A stretch of 64,000 bases of DNA, from contig CAXKVF010000079.1 in NCBI GenBank assembly GCA_964057225.1, positions 62,001-126,000 on the forward strand. Direction: 5' to 3'. How positions within the stretch are numbered: position 1 is the first letter of the stretch; each line of letters opens with the position of its first letter. Shown piece after piece: positions 15,001-22,900 of the stretch. The translations under genes and the position numbers were made by a program. A model generated the notes under the pieces. It was not told the origin of the DNA and did no database searches. It saw only the letters and a list, made by a program, of their open reading frames with translations. The stretch comes from Auanema rhodensis (Eukaryota; Animalia; Nematoda).

Positions 15001-15077
15001 TATTGGTTCATGGTAACCATGACTTTGAAATTTACGTGAACTTTAATTTATGCTAATTAAATGTACACGTGATGTGC
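1..15077. repeat. 176-bp tandem satellite array, left arm (~86 monomers, continues beyond window start)
   Basis: Monomer CCCCATGTCCATATTAGTCT...TTTTCAAAATTAGATT (1-176) restarts at 177 and repeats head-to-tail. 56/176 positions are G+C. Copies differ by only a few substitutions; one monomer is 177 bp (extra base near 901-915). The arm ends at ...GATGTGC (15077), where the retrotransposon begins. Confidence 0.99.
15044..15077 (+). repeat. Left target-site duplication (34 bp, TAATTTATGCTAATTAAATGTACACGTGATGTGC)
   Basis: Identical to 19955-19988 and equal to monomer positions 83-116. The terminal C (15077) and the initial T (19955) could each belong to the element instead. Confidence 0.75.
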
Positions 15078-15290
15078 CTCCCACTCGTCAGTTCGACCTC
15101 CCACTCGTCAGTTCGACCTCCCACTCGTCAGTTCGACCTCCCACTCGTCAGTTCGACCTCCCACTCGTCAGTTGACCTCCCACTCGTCAGTTGACCTCCC
15201 ACTCGTCAGTTGACCTCCCACTCGTCAGTTGACCTCCCACTCGTCAGTTGACCTCCCACTCGTCAGTTGACCTCCCACTCGTCAGTTGAC
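15078..15290 (+). repeat. 5'-terminal minisatellite of the LINE: 4 x CTCCCACTCGTCAGTTCGAC (20 bp) then 7 x CTCCCACTCGTCAGTTGAC (19 bp)
   Basis: Counted directly: 20-bp units occupy 15078-15157 and 19-bp units 15158-15290. Units are perfect copies within each class and unrelated to the 176-bp satellite. Confidence 0.97.
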
Positions 15291-15490
15291 TTCCGCTGTT
15301 TGGATCCGGATCCGTTTCTGTCAAGGAAATTTTCGTCGGACTGGCTTTGTCAAGGTGCGCTCTCTTTCGTATCGCATTTTAGTTTTATCATTATTTTCTT
15401 TCTCTCGTATTTGTTTCTTTTTTATTTTCCACTTCAGTGTTTATTCTTATTCTTTCTTACTTCCCTTCTTTTACTCCCTCGTTTTTCAAT
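15291..15490 (+). promoter_or_regulatory. Unique part of the LINE 5' UTR, probable internal promoter region
   Basis: Lies between the terminal repeats and the ORF1 ATG (15491). Contains the 12-bp palindrome GGATCCGGATCC (15302-15313) followed by a very T-rich tract. Promoter role is inferred from general LINE biology. Confidence 0.5.
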
Positions 15491-16552
15491 ATGTCTTTCG
15501 TGACTAATGATTTTCTTACAAATGCTCTTCAAAATTTCTCAAAGTCTCTCGAGAACTCTTTTTCAAAATTGTCAAATGATATAAAAAATGAGCTTAACTG
15601 TATGAAAATTAGTATCACGTCGCATGAGACTCGCTTAAAAACTATCGAAACGGATTTCAAATCCCGCTTAGATAAGTTAGAGCAAACTTTTAACTCATTT
15701 CAAACCACTAGCAACCTTAACTCTACCTGTGTTCCAACTTTTTCCCCACTCAATGTAGCATGTCATTTTCAAAAATTACGATCAGAGGAGACAAAGTACC
15801 TCTACCGTGCCAAAAGAGCCCTTTGGTTTCGAGTGCCATTAAAGTCAACAGAATTTCCAACTGAACCTCTGTTGTTACTAAAACTTATTATCGAGAAATC
15901 TCAGGACACCACTTTGTCTTCTTTGATCGATAGCAATCAAATTACTATTGCACGTTCAACTCTCAAATCTAATTCCCCTGGCCCTCTCATAATTACGTGT
16001 CCATCGGTAGATTTACGTGACAAGATTATCCAAGTTATCAAATTCAATAAATCAAAATGCTTCGATTTCCTCTCAAAAACGTTTTTGCGACGAGATTATC
16101 TCCCCTTCGAAATTGAACTGGAGAAAAACTTGCGAAAAGAAGCAAAAATCAAGAATGAAAATAACACTGAAAAGACTTTTCTTGTACGGGATCTCAAAAT
16201 TATTGAAGTCCCCCGTAAATCTACCAATGTTACTTCGCATGCCATCAACACTCTCTCTGTCACTGTGGACACTCAACCAGCTGAAACCCCTTCAGTAGTT
16301 GATGCCGTTTGCAGTTCAATCTTAAAACCAATTTCTTCTCTCATCTCCAGCCCCCCTCGTAAATCTGGTAGACCCAGTCGGTCTAACAATAGGCAGGTGT
16401 CTGTACCAACAGATAAAAATCATTCAATAAGCCCAAGAAGGAGAAAAAATCCGCCTCGGGTAGTTAAACCAACTGGACCTAATACCAGATCTATGAGTAG
16501 TCCTTCTGCATCATCTTCTGTTGTTTTGTCCAATAACGGGTCCTTTCGTTGA
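15491..16552 (+). CDS. LINE ORF1 protein (353 aa from first ATG), putative nucleic-acid-binding/chaperone protein
   Basis: Open frame upstream of ORF2. It has an N-terminal coiled-coil-like segment (LSNDIKNELNCMKISITSHETRLKTIETDFKSRLDKLEQTF), a CR1-ORF1-like motif (LRRDYLPFEIELEKNLRKEAKIKN...FLVRDLKI) and a basic S/P/R-rich tail. No CCHC knuckle is visible. The ORF track start at 15437 is non-ATG. Confidence 0.85.
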   Translation: MSFVTNDFLTNALQNFSKSLENSFSKLSNDIKNELNCMKISITSHETRLKTIETDFKSRLDKLEQTFNSFQTTSNLNSTCVPTFSPLNVACHFQKLRSEETKYLYRAKRALWFRVPLKSTEFPTEPLLLLKLIIEKSQDTTLSSLIDSNQITIARSTLKSNSPGPLIITCPSVDLRDKIIQVIKFNKSKCFDFLSKTFLRRDYLPFEIELEKNLRKEAKIKNENNTEKTFLVRDLKIIEVPRKSTNVTSHAINTLSVTVDTQPAETPSVVDAVCSSILKPISSLISSPPRKSGRPSRSNNRQVSVPTDKNHSISPRRRKNPPRVVKPTGPNTRSMSSPSASSSVVLSNNGSFR

Positions 16553-16556
16553 TCCA

Positions 16557-19220
16557 ATGTTATCGTCAACACCTGTTCTCGTCTCTAACCACACTTACAT
16601 TTCTGTTCACTGTTACAATGCACGCTCAATTCTCAACAAACTTCATCTTCTCCCAGTTATCATCTCTCCCAATTCTCCTGATATAATTGCTATATCAGAG
16701 TCCTGGCTTTACCCCCAATTTAACACTAATCTTCTTCCGTTAGGTGACATCTATAATATCCTCAGGGCTGATAGATGTTCATCACGGGGTGGTGGTGTAC
16801 TACTTTTCATCAAAAAACATATTACTTTTCGTCTTCTTTCCTGCTCTTGTAATTCATCTACCATACAGTTTATAAATATTCTCATCACATCTTCCAATTC
16901 TATTTTTTCTGTTTGTTACCGTTCTCCATCATCATCTAGCTTAGATTTCTCAAACTATCTTTGTGATCTACAAAATCATTTAGTTAATCGGTCTCTCTAT
17001 CTCACTGGTGATCTTAATTTCCCTAAAATAAACTGGGATCTTGGTATATGTTCTCAACCTACTCCTTCTAGTAGAATTCTACTCCAATTTCTCAATCACA
17101 ATTGTCTAAACCAGCTAGTAAATTTTCCTACTAGAGGTGAAAATATTCTTGACTATATAATTACAAATAACGTTCGTTGTGTCAACAATATCAAGCGATC
17201 TGGTCCACTTGGAGCTTCGGATCATTTTTCCATCACCTTTCATATACTTTCAAAATCTGAAAATTTTCATCTACAAGATTTACATAGTGCTGAATCCACA
17301 TCTCTCTCCATGTTATCAGACCGCAATTTCCTTTTGGCTGATTATGAACGTATCAATAGGCAACTGGTCAACATCGACTTCTGTTCTGAACTTTCAGGTC
17401 TTACTCCACTCCAATCGTATTCAAAGTTTATCTCTATTCTACATTCAATCATTGACATTTATGTTCCTAAAAAACAACCGAGGAAAAATAAAAAAGCGGA
17501 TCGTAACATTGCAAAACTCAGAAATCAAATTAACAGGCTAAGTTGCTCTTTATATCTATCTGACGAGATTCGCCGTAAAAATCTTTCAGTAAAATTGGAC
17601 AAACTAATAAAAATCAAATGTGCTTTAGAGGAAGAGCGTATTGCTGCCTTAAAAAACTCCAAGCTTTTTTATCGTTTTTGTAAGGCCCGATTAAATGGTA
17701 AAACATCTGACATTCCAAACCTCACTGTCAACAATGTGTCAGTTTCTTCAGATATTGATAAAGTGTCAGCATTTGCCGAGGTTTTCACGGTTTCTCCTCT
17801 TTCTCCTCTTGTCTCTCAGGAAAACACTCATGTTTCCGTCTCTTCTTCTTCCAGTCATACCATTGATTTCATGGATATAACACCTGAATTGGTCTACAAA
17901 ACTCTTCATAGTCTTCCACTCAGGGTTTCCACATCTCCGGATGGTATTCCATATTACTTTCTTAAACAATGTGCTTTTACTCTGGCTAATCCATTAGCTT
18001 TTATTTTTCACAATTTGTTAGTTACCTCAACTTGTCCTCCTGATTGGAAGTTAGCCTGGATTCGTCCCATTTTCAAAACGGGCCGACCTGAAAATCCAAG
18101 TAACTACCGCCCAATTTCACTCACTTCCAGTCTTTCAAAAATCTTTGAACGTATAATACGTACTCCACTTCTTAATTTTGGTATTTCCAATGGTGCCATA
18201 TCTCAAAATCAACACGCCTTCCTTCCTAAAAGAAGCACTGTTTCTGCAATTCTGAGTAGCCACATCTCTTTCAGATCATCATTGGACTGTAATACTCCGG
18301 TTTTTGTAGCTTATATCGACTTTTCAAAAGCCTTCGATCTTATACAACATTCTACTCTTTTTTCAAAACTCAAGTCCATTGGTATTCAAGGCCCACTTCA
18401 TTCCTTTCTCCAAAGTTTCATCTCTGGTAGGTTTTTTTCAGTTATGGTCAATAATTCCTTATCACCACCTAAACAACTCACTTGTGGTGTACCACAAGGT
18501 ACAGTTCTTGGTCCTCTGTTGTTTTTATTTTTATTTTACATAAATGACATAACATCCAATTTTCCTAATGATGTCAGCTCCATTCTCTATGCAGATGATT
18601 TGAAGCTCTACAGCAAAAACCCTACTAGTTTACAGCGGGCTCTTGATCAATTAAAATTATGGTGCGACTCAAACGGGATGGCCGTTAACATCTCTAAATC
18701 TAAAATAATGGTTATGTCAAATAAACCAATTAGTAATCCTGAAAACTTCGCTTTCACTTTTGGTAACTTTAACCTATCTTCAGTAGATTGTTACAAAGAT
18801 CTTGGAGTATTCACAGATTACAATCTCTCCTTCTCAAACCACATAAACAAAATCACAAGTGAAGCAGCAAAAAAATGTAAAATAATTTTACGTTGTTTCT
18901 ACTCTAAATCGCCTTCTCTTATGTACAACTTATTCTGTACTTACATAAGACCAATATTGGAATATGCTTCTATTATCTGGTCCCCACAAGATTCTAAAGA
19001 CAAAGACCGGATTGAATATGTTCAAAAAAAGTTTCTGCGCGCAGTTTTCATGCGCTCAGGATCTAAAATGAGCTATGAAGATCAACTGTCTTTGTTAGGG
19101 GGGCAAAAGTTATTTTTCAGAAGACTAGTTTTCGATTTAATTTTTTATTTTAACCAAATAAAACAACCAATTTCAGAGAATACTTTTTTTTACAAATTTT
19201 ATACAAATACAAATTTTTAA
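16557..19220 (+). CDS. LINE ORF2: APE-like endonuclease + reverse transcriptase (887 aa from ATG; ends early because of a frameshift)
   Basis: Endonuclease motifs YNARS, ISESWL, RGGGV, YRSP, GDLN, PTRGENILDY and SDH are present. RT motifs GIP...LK, YRPISLTS, QHAF, IDFSKAFD, GVPQGTVLGP, YADD (18588-18599) and KDLGV are present. The ATG lies 4 nt after the ORF1 stop TGA (16550-16552). Confidence 0.95.
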   Translation: MLSSTPVLVSNHTYISVHCYNARSILNKLHLLPVIISPNSPDIIAISESWLYPQFNTNLLPLGDIYNILRADRCSSRGGGVLLFIKKHITFRLLSCSCNSSTIQFINILITSSNSIFSVCYRSPSSSSLDFSNYLCDLQNHLVNRSLYLTGDLNFPKINWDLGICSQPTPSSRILLQFLNHNCLNQLVNFPTRGENILDYIITNNVRCVNNIKRSGPLGASDHFSITFHILSKSENFHLQDLHSAESTSLSMLSDRNFLLADYERINRQLVNIDFCSELSGLTPLQSYSKFISILHSIIDIYVPKKQPRKNKKADRNIAKLRNQINRLSCSLYLSDEIRRKNLSVKLDKLIKIKCALEEERIAALKNSKLFYRFCKARLNGKTSDIPNLTVNNVSVSSDIDKVSAFAEVFTVSPLSPLVSQENTHVSVSSSSSHTIDFMDITPELVYKTLHSLPLRVSTSPDGIPYYFLKQCAFTLANPLAFIFHNLLVTSTCPPDWKLAWIRPIFKTGRPENPSNYRPISLTSSLSKIFERIIRTPLLNFGISNGAISQNQHAFLPKRSTVSAILSSHISFRSSLDCNTPVFVAYIDFSKAFDLIQHSTLFSKLKSIGIQGPLHSFLQSFISGRFFSVMVNNSLSPPKQLTCGVPQGTVLGPLLFLFLFYINDITSNFPNDVSSILYADDLKLYSKNPTSLQRALDQLKLWCDSNGMAVNISKSKIMVMSNKPISNPENFAFTFGNFNLSSVDCYKDLGVFTDYNLSFSNHINKITSEAAKKCKIILRCFYSKSPSLMYNLFCTYIRPILEYASIIWSPQDSKDKDRIEYVQKKFLRAVFMRSGSKMSYEDQLSLLGGQKLFFRRLVFDLIFYFNQIKQPISENTFFYKFYTNTNF

Positions 19221-19413
19221 GCTCAAAAAATTCACACACTCACTAAGGCGTCACGAATGGACTGTGGATTTTCCAAACGTCCAGAAGACTCAAACTAGAA
19301 GAGGTATCGAGTACAGAGCCATAGAACTCTGGAATTCAATACCATCAAACATTGTGAGTCTTGAAAAAGCTCCCAAATTTCGCAAACATCTTCAACTTTT
19401 CCTTAGCGATTAG
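19189..19413 (+). pseudogene. Frameshifted (+1) C-terminal portion of ORF2
   Basis: The +1 frame reads FTNFIQIQIFKLKKFTHSLRRHEWTVDFPNVQKTQTRRGIEYRAIELWNSIPSNIVSLEKAPKFRKHLQLFLSD*. This matches the CR1/L2 ORF2 C-terminal signature (R.H...R...WN.LP..IV.....FK..L). Stop TAG at 19411-19413. Confidence 0.85.
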
Positions 19414-19954
19414 CTTGCACTTTCATTATTAATGTTTTTCGTCTGCTTATGATATTTTGTTCTCTAATTATTATTTCAATATGTCTTCTACAAATATCTA
19501 TGCAAACTATGTTCTTCATGTATCATTTTTTGTTTTCAACCACATCCTTGTTCCCTTTTCTACAATGTTACTTCACCATGGACTCTATAGGCATTAGCCA
19601 TACGAATCTGGTGATAGTTACCTCTGATTACCAGAACGGGCTCGACTTTTTCTCTAAGTTCCACCGCACCTGGTAAAAGTAAAAATGAGGTCAGGTCATA
19701 TTTTTTGAACTGAACAAATCCCTTGTTTATCAAGGATGGGTTGACAACTATGACACATAGATTTACTTGTTTAGAATATATATTTTCTACTGACATAATT
19801 GATTCAATAATTATTCTTATCTCTATACAATTAATGTTTTCATGTCAATCAATTTATATAATCATGTTCATATTGTAAGGAACTTCTTTTATCCACTTTC
19901 TTTTTTCAAAACTGCTATTGTTATAACCTGTGATAAAGAACAATAAACCTTGAC
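19414..19954 (+). other. LINE 3' UTR (~540 bp, T-rich)
   Basis: Unique sequence between the restored ORF2 stop and the resumption of satellite. Confidence 0.8.
19942..19947 (+). promoter_or_regulatory. Polyadenylation-signal-like AATAAA at the element 3' end
   Basis: AATAAA lies 7 nt upstream of the 3' junction, a position typical of LINE ends. Confidence 0.6.
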
Positions 19955-19988
19955 TAATTTATGCTAATTAAATGTACACGTGATGTGC
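19955..19988 (+). repeat. Right target-site duplication (34 bp)
   Basis: Identical to 15044-15077; the satellite continues ACTTGGTATG after it. Confidence 0.75.
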
Positions 19989-22900
19989 ACTTGGTATGTA
20001 ACTCGCTTCACGTGAAAGATAAAGAGATGCGGTTTTCAAAATTAGATTCCCCATATCCATATTAGTCTAAAAACAAATTTTTATTGATATTGGTTCATGG
20101 TAACCATGACTTTGAAATTTACGTGAACTTTAATTTATGCTAATTAAATGTACACGTGATGTGCACTTGGTATGTAACTCGCTTCACGTGAAAGATAAAG
20201 AGATGCGGTTTTCAAAATTAGATTCCCCATGTCCATATGAGTCTAAAAACAAATTTTTATTGATATTGGTTCATGGTAACCATGACTTCGAAATTTACGT
20301 GAACTTTAATTTATGCTAATTAAATGTACACGTGATGTGCACTTGGTATGTAACTTGCTTCACGTGAAAGATAAAGAGATGCGGTTTTCAAAATTAGATT
20401 CCCCATGTCCATATTAGTCTAAAAACAAATTTTTATTGATATTGGTTCATGGTAACCATGACTTTGAAATTTACGTGAACTTTAATTTATGCTAATTAAA
20501 TGTACACGTGATGTGCACTTGGTATGTAACTCGCTTCACGTGAAAGATAAACAGATGCGGTTTTCAAAATTAAATTCCCCATGTCCATATTAGTCTAAAA
20601 ACAAATTTTTATTGATATTGGTGCATGGTAACCATGACTTTGAAATTTACGTGAACTTTAATTTATGCTAATTAAATGTACAGGTGATGTGCACTTGGTA
20701 TGTAACTCGCTTCACGTGAAAGATAAAGAGATGCGGTTTTCAAAATTAAATTCCCCATGTCCATATTAGTCTAAAAACCAATTTTTATTGATATTGGTTC
20801 ATGGTAACCATGACTTTGAAATTTACGTGAACTTTAATTTATGCTAATTAAATGTACACGTGATGTGCACTTGGTATGTAACTCGCTTCACGTGAAAGAT
20901 AAAGAGATGCGGTTTTCAAAATTAGATTCCCCATGTTCATATTAGTCTTAAAACAAATTTTTATTGATATTGGTTCATGGTAACCATGACTTTGAAATTT
21001 ACGTGAACTTTAATTTATGCTAATTAAATGTACAGGTGATGTGCACTTGGTATGTAACTCGCTTCACGTGAAAGATAAAGAGATGCGGTTTTCAAAATTA
21101 AATTCCCCATGTCCATATTAGTCTAAAAACAAATTTTTATTGATATTGGTGCATGGTAACCATGACTTTGAAATTTACGTGAACTTTAATTTATGCTAAT
21201 TAAATGTACAGGTGATGTGCACTTGGTATGTAACTCGCTTCACGTGAAAGATAAAGAGATGCGGTTTTCAAAATTAGATTCCCCATGTCCATATTAGTCT
21301 AAAAACAGATTTTTATTGATATTGGTTCATGGTAACCATGACTTTGAAATTTACGTGAACTTTAATTTATGCTAATTAAATGTACACGTGATGTGCACTT
21401 GGTATGTAACTCGCTTCACGTGAAAGATAAAGAGATGCGGTTTTCAAAATTAGATTCCCCATGTCCATATTAGTCTAAAAACAAATTTTTATTGATATTG
21501 GTTCATGGTAACCATGACTTTGAAATTTACGTGAACTTTAATTTATGCTAATTAAATGTACACGTGATGTGCACTTGGTATGTAACTCGCTTCACGTGAA
21601 AGATAAAGAGATGCGGTTTTCAAAATTAGATTCCCCATGTCCATATTAGTCTAAAAACAAATTTTTATTGATATTGGTTCATGGTAACCATGACTTTGAA
21701 ATTTACGTGAACTTTAATTTATGCTAATTAAATGTACACGTGATGTGCACTTGGTATGTAACTCGCTTCACGTGAAAGATAAAGAGATGCGGTTTCCAAA
21801 ATTAAATTCCCCATGTCCATATTAGTCTAAAAACAAATTTTTATTGATATTGGTTCTTGGTAACCATGACTTTGAAATTTACGTGAACTTTAATTTATGC
21901 TAATTAAATGTACACGTGATGTGCACTTGGTATGTAACTCGCTTCACGTGAAAGATAAAGAGATGCGGTTTTCAAAATTAAATTCCCCATGTCCATATTA
22001 GTCTAAAAACAAATTTTTATTGATATTGGTTCATGGTAACCATGACTTTGAAATTTACGTGAACTTTAATTTATGCTAATTAAATGTACACGTGATGTGC
22101 ACTTGGTATGTAACTCGCTTCACGTGAAAGATAAAGAGATGCGGTTTTCAAAATTAAATTCCCCATGTCCATATTAGTCTAAAAACAAATTTTTATTGAT
22201 ATTGGTTCATGGTAACCATGACTTTGAAATTTACGTGAACTTTAATTTATGCTAATTAAATGTACAGGTGATGTGCACTTGGTATGTAACTCGCTTCACG
22301 TGAAAGATAAAGAGATGCGGTTTTCAAAATTAAATTCCCCATGTCCATATTAGTCTAAAAACCAATTTTTATTGATATTGGTTCATGGTAACCATGACTT
22401 TGAAATTTACGTGAACTTTAATTTATGCTAATTAAATGTACACGTGATGTGCACTTGGTATGTAACTCGCTTCACGTGAAAGATAAAGAGATGCGGTTTT
22501 CAAAATTAGATTCCCCATGTCGATATTAGTCTAAAAACAAATTTTTATTGATATTGGTTCATGGTAACCATGACTTTGAAATTTACGTGAACTTTAATTT
22601 ATGCTAATTAAATGTACACGTGATGTGCACTTGGTATGTAACTCGCTTCACGTGAAAGATAAAGAGATGCGGTTTTCAAAATTAGATTCCCCATGTCCAT
22701 ATTAGTCTAAAAACAAATTTTTATTGATATTGGTTCATGGTAACCATGACTTTGAAATTTACGTGAACTTTAATTTATGCTAATTAAATGTACACGTGAT
22801 GTGCACTTGGTATGTAACTCGCTTCACGTGAAAGATAAAGAGATGCGGTTTTCAAAATTAGATTCCCCATGTCCATATTAGTCTAAAAACAAATTTTTAT

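Larger units (their letters stand above)
15078..19954 (+). mobile_element. Full-length non-LTR retrotransposon (LINE, APE-type, CR1/L2/Jockey group, most CR1-like) inserted in the satellite
   Basis: Contains 5' tandem repeats, a 5' UTR, ORF1, ORF2 with APE endonuclease and RT motifs, a CR1/L2-type C-terminal motif (WNSIP...FRKHL), and a ~540-bp 3' UTR ending AATAAACCTTGAC. Flanked by directly duplicated satellite. No LTRs or TIRs. Confidence 0.95.

Noticed and set aside
15090-15160. GTTCGACCTCC in the 20-bp units resembles a Pol III B-box / tRNA T-arm
   Set aside because: Spacing is one base off GTTCGANNCC, no A-box or cloverleaf is present, and the motif is absent from the 19-bp units.
15078-15290. 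Possible CRISPR array
   Set aside because: The repeats are contiguous with no spacers, there are no cas genes, and the context is a eukaryotic LINE.
15267-15507. Short hydrophobic ORFs (78 and 73 aa) in the 5' UTR
   Set aside because: They have non-ATG starts, and their F/L/S richness simply reflects the T-rich UTR.
16017-17969. Small alternative-frame and antisense ORFs (16017-16298, 16073-16276, 17179-17541, 17695-17880, 17766-17969)
   Set aside because: Shadows of ORF1/ORF2 with no recognisable motifs.
19449-19796. Short ORFs in the 3' UTR (75 aa +, 78 aa -)
   Set aside because: Compositionally biased, no motifs, and of lengths expected by chance.
13460-21572. Giant 1618-bp TSD (34 + 9x176) created by the insertion
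   Set aside because: The first monomer after the element lacks the TAAAT, AAAACC and GGTGC variants of the corresponding upstream monomer (13550-13600), and the blocks differ at several sites. A pre-existing duplication fits better.
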